This document shows positions 17,998 through 26,362 of a DNA stretch of 64,000 nucleotides, piece by piece. The notes beneath the pieces were generated by a model that saw only the letters and a program-made list of their open reading frames with translations, was not told the origin of the DNA and made no database searches. Made by a program: the position numbers and the translations under genes. The stretch's first letter is position 1; each line of letters starts with the position of its first letter. The stretch spans positions 6,819-70,818 of the forward strand of contig JAFTVG010000014.1 in assembly GCA_017465885.1 (NCBI GenBank), written 5' to 3'. This DNA is from Clostridia bacterium. Its GTDB lineage: Bacteria; Bacillota; Clostridia; Oscillospirales; CAG-272.

Positions 17998-18136
17998 GGT
18001 GCGCCTACCTTGGCTATGAAGTCCATTCGGGGCACATCGTTCATAAATGATCTTAAAATTTTTCTTTTTAAAACGTTTAACTTTCTGAAATTCGGGCATA
18101 TAATGCGCTTGAACGAAAAAGAAAGGAGATCAAACG

Positions 18137-18385
18137 ATGAAAGACAAGATCGAGATGCACAACGTGGATTTAAAAGAGTTCGTAAGCGTGGTGGAGAGCT
18201 GCAAGGGCGAGGTCTACCTGATCACCGATGAAGGCGACAAGCTGAATTTGAAGAGCAGACTTTGCCGCGTGATCGGACTGATCAATCTGGTGGAAGCAGG
18301 CAGACTGAGCGATGCAAAGCTGATCTGCACTGACCCTGATGATGAATCAAAGCTCTTCAGATTCAATTTGTTTGGACACGTTTAG
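18137..18385 (+). CDS. small (82 aa) hypothetical protein
   Basis: ORF with SD AAAGGAGA 7 nt upstream. A TATAAT lies at ~18098. A terminator hairpin follows (AGAACCGG...CCGGTTCTTTTC, 18388-18423). I recognise no domain. Confidence 0.6.
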   Translation: MKDKIEMHNVDLKEFVSVVESCKGEVYLITDEGDKLNLKSRLCRVIGLINLVEAGRLSDAKLICTDPDDESKLFRFNLFGHV

Positions 18386-18506
18386 AAAGAACCGGCTGTG
18401 ATATACACGACCGGTTCTTTTCTCATTTCTATTGACTTTTTTTCTCCCTTGCAGTATACTGTACTCAAGGAAGATCTTCCTCTCTGATTGTTTTTTGGAG
18501 CGTTCT

Positions 18507-19427
18507 ATGAGCTTTTTTATCACCTTAACGGCAGTTGCCACCATGCTTTTATACGCCCTTCCCGGCTTTTTGCTGGTGAAAACAAAGGCGGTTTCCCCCT
18601 CTGCCATTCCCGCATTCACCAAATTTCTTCTTTACGTTTGTCAGCCCTGCTTGACCTTCAACTCCCTTTCAAAGATCTCCTTTTCCGCCGAATCGGTCAA
18701 GAATCTGCTCCTTTGCCTTGCATTGACCCTCGGGCTTCAAGGAATTTTGATTCTGGTCTACTATCTTTTGTTCCGCAAAAAGAGGGAGGATATCTCCTGG
18801 CGTCTGGTCAACCTTGCCGCCGTCTTTTCCAACTGCGGCTTTATGGGCGTGCCTCTTCTTGAAAAGCTGCTGCCCGACCATCCCGAGGTTGCCGCATATT
18901 CTTGCGTTTTTGCCCTTTCAATGCATATTCTCGGCTGGTCTGTGGGTCTTTACATCATTTCAAGAGACAAAAAATTTATTTCTGCCAAAAAGATCTTCAT
19001 TAATCCCGCCACCCTCGCGCTGGCGGTGGCTCTTCCCTTCTTTTTCACAGGACGCTCCCTGCCCTCCGCTCTTTTTGACGTAATCGCCCTTCTTGCCAAG
19101 ACCTCCACGGTGATTTGCATGATGACCATGGGGATGCGTCTTGCCACCGTGCCCGTAAAAAGGATCTTCAATAACAAACAGCAATATCTTGCGGTGCTGC
19201 TCAATCAGTTCGTTTTCCCCCTCTTTACCTTTGCAGTCTTGTATTTTCTGCCCATTGACGGAGCGCTGAAAGCCACTCTTATCATCCTTTCCGCCTGCCC
19301 CGTTGCAAGCATGGTGCAAAACTATGCCGAGCTTTTGGGTCAAGGGCAGGACAAAGCCGCCAATATGGTGCTTCTGGGCACTCTTTCAAGCGTGCTGACC
19401 GTTCCCCTCATCTGCCTGCTTTTATAA
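18507..19427 (+). CDS. AEC (auxin efflux carrier) family transporter
   Basis: ~10 TM helices. N-terminus MSFFITLTAVATMLLYALPGFLLVK and C-terminal half typical of PF03547-type permeases. The ATG at 18507 sits after GGAG. The upstream part of the track ORF lacks an SD. Confidence 0.8.
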   Translation: MSFFITLTAVATMLLYALPGFLLVKTKAVSPSAIPAFTKFLLYVCQPCLTFNSLSKISFSAESVKNLLLCLALTLGLQGILILVYYLLFRKKREDISWRLVNLAAVFSNCGFMGVPLLEKLLPDHPEVAAYSCVFALSMHILGWSVGLYIISRDKKFISAKKIFINPATLALAVALPFFFTGRSLPSALFDVIALLAKTSTVICMMTMGMRLATVPVKRIFNNKQQYLAVLLNQFVFPLFTFAVLYFLPIDGALKATLIILSACPVASMVQNYAELLGQGQDKAANMVLLGTLSSVLTVPLICLLL

Positions 19428-19586
19428 ATCAATCTAAGAGCCTTCTTCCAAAAGAGGGCTCTTCTTTTTTTGAAAAATCCCCCTTTTTAATATAACAGAA
19501 ACATTTCTTAAAAAAGTGACAAACAATCCTCCCTTATAATAGCGCTGTAATCAAGAGCAAGTAAAAAATGAAACGAGGTAACAGCT

Positions 19587-19958
19587 ATGAACAAGAACGA
19601 TCAGGAATTTCTGGTACAAAAGATCCGCACTCAGTATACCGAAAGCAAAAAAGAATACTCGGGACTTGAAGAGTTAAAGCAGCTTGACGGCAAGGTAAAA
19701 AAGCCCGCATACGTGTTTGCCTATATTTTCGGCAGCTTCAGCGCCATCGTAATGGGCGCGGGTATGAGCTTGGTAATGACCGACATCGGCGGCACCGTCG
19801 GCATTGAAAGCCCGCTGATCCCCGGCATCGTGATCGGCGTGGTGGGTATGGCGATGGCGATCGTCAACTATCCCCTTTACAAGGGCATTCTTTCCTCCCG
19901 CAGAAAGAAGTACGCCGCAAGGATCCTGGCACTCAGCGAAGAATTGATGAAGAAATAA
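19587..19958 (+). CDS. small two-TM membrane protein, hypothetical
   Basis: 123-aa ORF with SD GAGG. Two hydrophobic helices (YVFAYIFGSFSAIVMGAGMSLVM, IPGIVIGVVGMAMAIV). Terminator GGAGTCGG-CAAA-CCGACTCC follows. Confidence 0.65.
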   Translation: MNKNDQEFLVQKIRTQYTESKKEYSGLEELKQLDGKVKKPAYVFAYIFGSFSAIVMGAGMSLVMTDIGGTVGIESPLIPGIVIGVVGMAMAIVNYPLYKGILSSRRKKYAARILALSEELMKK

Positions 19959-20071
19959 CCTCTTTTGGAGTCGGCAAACCGACTCCTTCTTTTTTTGAGA
20001 AAACCGTTGCTGTAAACAAATCTTTAACATTTGGGTGTTATACTGTAGATATAAAGTAGGCGGAGGATGCT

Positions 20072-20743
20072 ATGTTTAAAATACTGGTAGTGGAAGACGA
20101 TAAGGATCTGAACAGAACGGTCTGTTCCTTTTTGAATCACAGCGGCTATGAGGCGGTGGGGTGTCTTGATGCAAACGCCGCGTACGATGCGATGTATTCA
20201 AACGTCTTTGATCTGATCGTGACCGATATCATGATGCCCAAGGTGGACGGCTTTGAGTTCGTCAGCACGGTAAGACAGCTAAACGAGGATATTCCCGTGC
20301 TCTTCATTACGGCAAGGGACGACATCCTTTCAAAACAAAAGGGCTTTCGGGTGGGTGCAGACGATTATATGGTCAAGCCCATCGATCTTGACGAGCTGTT
20401 CTTGCGCATCGGCGCCCTTTTGAGGCGGGCAAAGATCGCCCAGAACAGAAAGCTGGAGGTGGGCGCCTTCGTGATGGATGCAGACGAGCATACCGCCTAT
20501 CTTGAAGGTGAGGAGATCCCCCTTACCAACAGAGAGTTCAGCATTCTCTACAAGCTCCTCTCCTATCCCAAAAAGACCTTCACCCGAAGCCAGCTGATGG
20601 ACGAGTTCTGGGATGCCGACACCGACACCGCCCCTCGCGCCGTGGACGTCTATATGACCAAGCTGCGCAGTAAGCTCTCCTCCTGCAAGGATTTCGAGAT
20701 CGTTACCGTACACGGTCTTGGCTACAAGGTGGTGATCAAATGA
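20072..20743 (+). CDS. OmpR-family response regulator
   Basis: Receiver domain (ILVVEDD...DLIVTDIMMPKVDG) plus winged-helix Trans_reg_C (LTNREFSILYKLL...VDVYMTKLRSKL...VHGLGYK). Confidence 0.92.
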   Translation: MFKILVVEDDKDLNRTVCSFLNHSGYEAVGCLDANAAYDAMYSNVFDLIVTDIMMPKVDGFEFVSTVRQLNEDIPVLFITARDDILSKQKGFRVGADDYMVKPIDLDELFLRIGALLRRAKIAQNRKLEVGAFVMDADEHTAYLEGEEIPLTNREFSILYKLLSYPKKTFTRSQLMDEFWDADTDTAPRAVDVYMTKLRSKLSSCKDFEIVTVHGLGYKVVIK

Positions 20744-21810
20744 ACGAAAAAAGGTCTAAAAGGCTTTTAAAGATCATCTATGATTTCCTGATCGTTTTTC
20801 TGCTCGTTTCCTTCGTGACTACCTGTTGTACCATGCTCTTCGTCAGTACCCTTTCGGTATCGCTTGGCATCACGTTGACCGAGGAAAATATCGCAGCCGC
20901 GGCAAAGGCAACCTTCTTAAACGTCTTTCTTTTAAGCGTCATTTTCACCACCGTGGACTGTATCCGCAGAAGGATCACCGTGGATAGACCCTTAAAGCAG
21001 ATCACCGATGCGGCAGAAAGAATTATGAAAGGCGACTTTTCGGTGCGCATCAAAACAAGAGGGCGCCTTGGCACCGACGGCTCCTTTTACAAGATCTCCA
21101 CCTGCTTTAACGATATGGCAAAGGAGCTTTCCAGCGTGGAGACCCTGCGCACCGACTTTATTGCCAACGTTTCCCACGAAATGAAGACCCCTCTTTCTGT
21201 CATCCGCAACTACGGCACTCTTTTGCAAATGCCCGATTTAACCGAGGAAAAGCGGATGGAATACGCTAAGGGCGTGGAGGAAGCAAGCCGCAAAATGGCG
21301 GATATGGTGACCAATATCTTAAAGCTCAACCGCCTTGAAAACCAGCAGATCTACCCCAACGCCAAAAGATACGATCTTGGTGAGCAGCTTTGCTCCTGCC
21401 TTTTGCAGTATGAGCAGGTCTGGGAAAAGAAAGGCATCGAGATCGACACCGATATTGCCGATGGGGTGTTGATTACCGCAGACGAGGAGCTGTTGGAGCT
21501 GGTCTTCAGCAATCTTTTATCAAACGCCTTCAAGTTTACCCCCTCGGGAGGAAGGGTCACGGTCACCCTTACCGAAAGCCCCCATCACGCCACGGTGACC
21601 GTTACCGACACCGGTTGCGGAATGACCAAGGAGGTGGGCGCACGGATCTTTGAGAAATTCTATCAGGCAGACACCTCCCACGCCTCCAGCGGTAACGGAC
21701 TGGGGCTTGCACTGGTCAAAAAGATCATCGAGATCACGGGCGGTGAGATCACCGTTGAAAGCACCCCCGAAAAAGGCTCTGCCTTTTCTGTGCGCATTCG
21801 CAAGGAATAA
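20740..21810 (+). CDS. sensor histidine kinase
   Basis: Two N-terminal TM helices, a HAMP-like segment, H-box NVSHEMKTPLS, and N/G boxes (LLSNAFKFTP, DTGCGM, GNGLGLALVKKI). ATGA overlap with the regulator gene. Confidence 0.92.
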   Translation: MNEKRSKRLLKIIYDFLIVFLLVSFVTTCCTMLFVSTLSVSLGITLTEENIAAAAKATFLNVFLLSVIFTTVDCIRRRITVDRPLKQITDAAERIMKGDFSVRIKTRGRLGTDGSFYKISTCFNDMAKELSSVETLRTDFIANVSHEMKTPLSVIRNYGTLLQMPDLTEEKRMEYAKGVEEASRKMADMVTNILKLNRLENQQIYPNAKRYDLGEQLCSCLLQYEQVWEKKGIEIDTDIADGVLITADEELLELVFSNLLSNAFKFTPSGGRVTVTLTESPHHATVTVTDTGCGMTKEVGARIFEKFYQADTSHASSGNGLGLALVKKIIEITGGEITVESTPEKGSAFSVRIRKE

Positions 21811-21851
21811 AAAATCGTATATCCGCTATTGGGCGGATATACGGTTTTTTT
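21809..21851. terminator. bidirectional terminator between the kinase and ABC genes
   Basis: CGTATATCCGC-TATTGG-GCGGATATACG flanked by A- and T-runs. Confidence 0.8.
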
Positions 21852-23747
21852 TTATTTTGCAGAGCCCGAGAGCTGCTGCTTCTTATACTGAAGAGTGTAA
21901 AGACGGTGGTAGCGTCCGCCAAGGGCGAGAAGCTCGCTATGACTGCCGCTTTCCACGATCCGTCCCTTTGACAAAACGATGATCTTATCCGCTCCCTTGA
22001 TGGTGGATAGTCTGTGTGCCACCATCAGCATCGTGCCGATATTCTTCATCTTTTCAAGTGAATCCTGAATAAGCACCTCTGTCTCGGTGTCGATGTTTGC
22101 CGTTGCTTCGTCAAGGATCATGATCTTTGGACGGTGGATGATGGTTCTGGCAAAGGATAACAGCTGTCTTTGTCCTGCCGAGAAGTTGTTGCCCCGCTCT
22201 CTGACCACCTCGTCAAGACCCTTATCAAGCTTGTCAATAAACTTGTCGGCGTTGACGTAGCGGCAGCTTTCCATGATCTGCTCGTCGGTAAATCCTTCTT
22301 CTCTTAACACGATATTTGAACGGATGGTGCCCGAAAAGAGGAAGACGTCCTGAAGCATCTGACCAAAGTGCTTTCTGAGACTCCCGATCTTGATTTTTCT
22401 GATGTCGATGCCGTCGATGAGGATTTGTCCCTTTTGAATATCGTAGTTGCGGCAGATCAACGAAAGGATGGTGGTCTTGCCCGAGCCCGTCGAGCCGACG
22501 AACGCCACCGTTTGTCCCGCCTCCACCTTGAAGGACACGTCCTGAAGCACCCACTCACCGGGCAGGTAGGCAAACCATACGTTTTTAAACTCGATCTCGC
22601 CCCGAACCTCCTCAAGCTCGATCGCATCGGGCTCGTCCACCACGGTGGGTTTGATATCCATCACGGTAAAGATCTTTTCAGCCGAGGCAAGAGCCGATTG
22701 CAGGAAATTGAACTGCTCGGCAAGATTCTGAATGGGATTGAAGAACTTGTTCACGTAAAGGTAGAACGCCACGATCACTTCGCTTGTAACCGCCTGACCC
22801 AAAAACTCCACGTCGTCGATATAGCCCTTTGCACCAAGGTAAAAGAGTACGAGCACCGAGGAGATATAGAGCATATAGACCATCGGTCTGAAAATACCGA
22901 AGACAAACATCTGACGGTACTTTGCTCTGCCAAGCTCCTTATTCTTTGCGGTAAACTCGGAAAGCTTTACCGATTCTCTGTTGAAAATCTGGGTGATCTT
23001 GATGCCCGACAGATTTTCGGACAGATAGGTGTTGATGTCGGTAGTACGGTCCTTTACCTGTCTGTAAGCGCGTCTTGAAAACTTTCTGAAAATGACGGTA
23101 AACAGAATGATAAAGGGAACGAAGGACAAAACTGCCAGCGTGAGCATATAGTTCAAGCACAGCATAGCAATGAACACGCCCACGATCACAAGGCAGTTTT
23201 TAATGAGATTCACCAAAAGGTTGGTGAACATCATGGAAATGGCGTTGGTATCGTTTGAAACGCGGGTGACCAGCTTGCCCACGGGAATCTGCGTCAGCTG
23301 CTCGTGAGAAAGTCCCTCGATGTGCTCAAAGAGGTCCATTCTGATGGCAGAAAGGATCTTCTGCCCCGTTTTTTGCAGGACGATTGCCTGTATATAGGTA
23401 CCGATGAGCGAAACGACCAGGATGCTTCCGTAAAGCGCCACGTGCCAATAGAGGGTCTCTAAAGCAAAGCCCTCTTCCTTCACCAGCCCCTCGATCCTGC
23501 CGACGAGTGTGGGGGCAAGGATATCGTAGGCAATGGAGAGGAGCATCACGCAGCCTGCAAAAACAAAGCTTCCAAGATGGGGACGGGCGTAGACCAAAAG
23601 GCGTCTGATGATCTCAGAGTCCTTCATATTGCGGTCAAACCCGATCGCCTCCTTCTTGTTTTTCATAAAGGCGTAGGCAAGGGTGAGGATGAGTGAAAAT
23701 GCACCGATGATCGCACCCACCACAAGAAGAGGAAAATACTTATACAT
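21852..23747 (-). CDS. ABC exporter, fused permease/ATPase (heterodimer partner 2)
   Basis: Six-TM ABC_membrane domain. Walker A GSTGSGKT, signature FSAGQRQL and Walker B ILDEAT. The ATG at 23747 sits after GGAGGGAAG and overlaps the upstream stop by 8 nt (ATGTATAA). Confidence 0.92.
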   Translation of the reverse strand: MYKYFPLLVVGAIIGAFSLILTLAYAFMKNKKEAIGFDRNMKDSEIIRRLLVYARPHLGSFVFAGCVMLLSIAYDILAPTLVGRIEGLVKEEGFALETLYWHVALYGSILVVSLIGTYIQAIVLQKTGQKILSAIRMDLFEHIEGLSHEQLTQIPVGKLVTRVSNDTNAISMMFTNLLVNLIKNCLVIVGVFIAMLCLNYMLTLAVLSFVPFIILFTVIFRKFSRRAYRQVKDRTTDINTYLSENLSGIKITQIFNRESVKLSEFTAKNKELGRAKYRQMFVFGIFRPMVYMLYISSVLVLFYLGAKGYIDDVEFLGQAVTSEVIVAFYLYVNKFFNPIQNLAEQFNFLQSALASAEKIFTVMDIKPTVVDEPDAIELEEVRGEIEFKNVWFAYLPGEWVLQDVSFKVEAGQTVAFVGSTGSGKTTILSLICRNYDIQKGQILIDGIDIRKIKIGSLRKHFGQMLQDVFLFSGTIRSNIVLREEGFTDEQIMESCRYVNADKFIDKLDKGLDEVVRERGNNFSAGQRQLLSFARTIIHRPKIMILDEATANIDTETEVLIQDSLEKMKNIGTMLMVAHRLSTIKGADKIIVLSKGRIVESGSHSELLALGGRYHRLYTLQYKKQQLSGSAK

Positions 23748-25524
23748 GTCCGCTTCCCTCCTCGCTTTCAAGCTTTTGAAGCTCCACTGCCGCGGCGTAT
23801 TCCCTACAGGAGGAAAGCAGCTGCTCGTGGGTTCCCGTTGCCAAAACGGTGCCGTTTTCGATATAAACGATCATATCCATATTTTCAATCGTGGAAATTC
23901 TGTGAGCGATGAGAATGGTGGTTTTGCCCTTTCTCAACTCATCAAGATTCTTCAAGATCTCCTTTTCGGTGGCGGTATCCACAGCGGACACCGAATCGTC
24001 AAGGATGAGGATGGGGGCGTCCTTCAAAAGGGCTCTTGCGATGGAAATACGCTGCTTCTGACCGCCTGAAACAGTCACGCCCCGCTCTCCAAGCACCGTT
24101 TCATAGCCCTCCTTGAAGGAAGAGATGTCGCCGTGTACACCCGAAAGCTCTGCGGCGCGGGTAATATCGGCGTGCCTTGTGCTTGTGCCCGAAAAGGCGA
24201 TGTTGTTTTCAATGGTATCACTGAACAAGAAATTGTCCTGAGGAACGTAGGCAACCGCATCACGTAAAGAGCGGATGGAGATCCTATTGACGTCCTTGCC
24301 GTCTATGAACAGCCTGCCGTCTTCAACGTTGTAGCTGCGCAAGATCAGGTCCACCACCGTGGTCTTGCCCGAGCCCGTTTTGCCAACGATGCCCACTCTC
24401 TGCCCTGCCTTGATGGTAAAGGAAACGCCTTCAAGGGCGTTGAACTCACCACCCGGATAACGGAAGGTCAGATCGCGGAATTCGATGGAGCCCTGCACGT
24501 TTCGAAGCTCTTGCACGTCAGGTGCATCCTTTACGTCGATCTTTGCATCCAATAGCTCGCCGATACGCTTTAAGGACGCCATACCCCTTGAGGACATCTC
24601 AAGGATCTGGGTCACCGCCATGATCGGCCAGACGATGGAAAGGAAATAGCCCACGTATTCCACCAGCTTTCCCGCATCAAAGACACCGGTATGTACAAGA
24701 TATCCGCCGTAACCGAGGATCACGCAGATCACCGACTCCACGAACAGCGTCACAAAAACGTTCATCATCGTGGAGGTGCGGGTGTATTCCACGTTGGCAT
24801 TCTCGTTCTTTTTGTTCAGCCATCTGAAGGCAAGAAGCTCCTTTGCTTCCTTAACGAACGCCTTGATGACCGAAAGCCCCGAAAAGCTTTCCTGAGAAAA
24901 GTCGGAAAGCTCGGAAAACGCCTCTTGTCTTACCGCCCATTTTCTCATCATAGACTTGCGCACGATCAGACCGACGATGAGCAAAAATGCCATGGGGATG
25001 AGGGAGAAAAGGGTGAGAAGAGGATCCATACGCCACATTTTGAAAATGACCATTGTGCCAAGCAACGCGGCGTCAAAGGTAGAAAGCACACCCATAGCAA
25101 AGCACTCGTGGATGGTTTCCAGGTCGTTTGTGAACAGCGACATCAGGTTGCCCACCTTGTTGACCTGATAGTATTCTCTTGACAGATCCTTGGCGTGATC
25201 GAACATCCGATTTCTTAAATCGGTCTCCACTCGGATCGCCGTACCAAAGAAGCAGATTCTCCAGGCAAAACGACCGATGACCATTGCAAAAATGGTCAAG
25301 ATCATCGGCAAACAGATCTCGTCAAGGAGAAACTGCATATCAAAAACTGCCACGCTTCCATTTCCCAGATCCACACTTCCGCCGTTCATACCGTTGACGA
25401 TCATTCTGTAAAATTCGGGGATCTTCAGCTGAAAATAGTCCACTACCAGCAGGGCAAAAAGTCCCGCAAGAAGGAGTGGTGCGTATTTCAGATAATATCT
25501 GTTGACGTGCTTTCCGAAAATCAA
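23740..25524 (-). CDS. ABC exporter, fused permease/ATPase (heterodimer partner 1)
   Basis: Walker A GKTGSGKT, signature VSGGQKQR and Walker B ILILDDS. The start codon at 25524 is TTG, preceded by GAGGTGA. Confidence 0.9.
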   Translation of the reverse strand: MIFGKHVNRYYLKYAPLLLAGLFALLVVDYFQLKIPEFYRMIVNGMNGGSVDLGNGSVAVFDMQFLLDEICLPMILTIFAMVIGRFAWRICFFGTAIRVETDLRNRMFDHAKDLSREYYQVNKVGNLMSLFTNDLETIHECFAMGVLSTFDAALLGTMVIFKMWRMDPLLTLFSLIPMAFLLIVGLIVRKSMMRKWAVRQEAFSELSDFSQESFSGLSVIKAFVKEAKELLAFRWLNKKNENANVEYTRTSTMMNVFVTLFVESVICVILGYGGYLVHTGVFDAGKLVEYVGYFLSIVWPIMAVTQILEMSSRGMASLKRIGELLDAKIDVKDAPDVQELRNVQGSIEFRDLTFRYPGGEFNALEGVSFTIKAGQRVGIVGKTGSGKTTVVDLILRSYNVEDGRLFIDGKDVNRISIRSLRDAVAYVPQDNFLFSDTIENNIAFSGTSTRHADITRAAELSGVHGDISSFKEGYETVLGERGVTVSGGQKQRISIARALLKDAPILILDDSVSAVDTATEKEILKNLDELRKGKTTILIAHRISTIENMDMIVYIENGTVLATGTHEQLLSSCREYAAAVELQKLESEEGSGHV

Positions 25525-25679
25525 GCCATCACCTCATTTCTTCAAATCTGTATCACTTATTTTGACCGATAGGTATTTTATAATAACGGATCAATTTTGT
25601 CAATACGCTTTTGAAAACAAAAGCGTTTTTTTCATCCCTCACGGGCAAAGGCGTTCCTCTCTTCTTTACCTTTTCCCAC

Positions 25680-25708
25680 TTGACAATCAAGGAAAACCGT
25701 GCTATAAT
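25680..25708 (+). promoter_or_regulatory. consensus sigma-A promoter for queT
   Basis: TTGACA (25680-25685), 17-nt spacer, TATAAT (25703-25708). Confidence 0.8.
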
Positions 25709-25718
25709 CTCCCCATCC

Positions 25719-25760
25719 GGTGAGTTCGTAACCATCCTCACCTTAAACAAAACTAAGGAG
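25719..25760 (+). promoter_or_regulatory. preQ1-I riboswitch
   Basis: GGUGAG-UUCGUAACCAUC-CUCACC hairpin followed by the A-rich tail UUAAACAAAACUAAGGAG that contains the SD. This matches the preQ1-I architecture (compare the tail UUAACAAAACAAGG of known examples). It lies directly upstream of a QueT gene. Confidence 0.75.
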
Positions 25761-25769
25761 TACAAATTT

Positions 25770-26315
25770 ATGAGAAGGCACATTCGTTTTTTGACCCATG
25801 GGGCGATCATCGGGGCGGTATACGCCGTTTTGACTCTTGCCACATGGTCTTTTTCATCTATGCAGATCCAGCTTCGCGTCGCGGAGGCGCTCACCGTCCT
25901 TCCGCTGTTTACCCCTGCCGCGATCCCCGGGCTGTTTATCGGGTGTCTTGTTGCCAATCTGATGAGCGGAAACGTGATCGACGCCATTTTCGGGTCGCTG
26001 ACCACCCTCCTTGCCGCCCTTTTGACCTACTTCATCGGACAAAAGATCAAGGGCAAAGCAAAGCTTCCCCTCGCCGTTCTGCCCCCCATTCTTTTAAACG
26101 CCGTTGCAGTCCCGCTGATCCTCTATTTCGGATACGGCTTCAAGGACTTTCTCGGCTTTGACACCATGCTTCCCGTGCTTTTTTTAAACGCCCTTTCGGT
26201 TCTGATCGGACAGTTCCTTTCCTGCGGGCTGCTGGGCGCACCCCTTTATTTTTCTCTTTCCACCATCGAAAAGAGGACAGGTATCTTTTCAAAAGACAGA
26301 TCACGTCGTGAATAA
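25770..26315 (+). CDS. queT: QueT queuosine-precursor transporter
   Basis: MRRHIRFLTHGAIIGAVYAVLTLA...LRVAEALTVLPLFTPAAIPGLFIGCLVANL. Small 5-6 TM protein of the QueT family. The ATG at 25770 lies 9 nt after AAGGAG. The track N-terminal extension covers the riboswitch. Confidence 0.8.
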   Translation: MRRHIRFLTHGAIIGAVYAVLTLATWSFSSMQIQLRVAEALTVLPLFTPAAIPGLFIGCLVANLMSGNVIDAIFGSLTTLLAALLTYFIGQKIKGKAKLPLAVLPPILLNAVAVPLILYFGYGFKDFLGFDTMLPVLFLNALSVLIGQFLSCGLLGAPLYFSLSTIEKRTGIFSKDRSRRE

Positions 26316-26362
26316 GCAAGGATACCGCCCTAAAATACAAATCCAAAAGGAGGGTTTCCCCT

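Noticed and set aside
21852-25524. The ABC exporter pair as part of a bacteriocin/lantibiotic locus controlled by the adjacent two-component system
   Set aside because: I found no precursor peptide, modification enzyme or C39 peptidase domain. The transporters are convergent to the TCS and separated from it by a bidirectional terminator. It is an ordinary heterodimeric MdlAB-type exporter.
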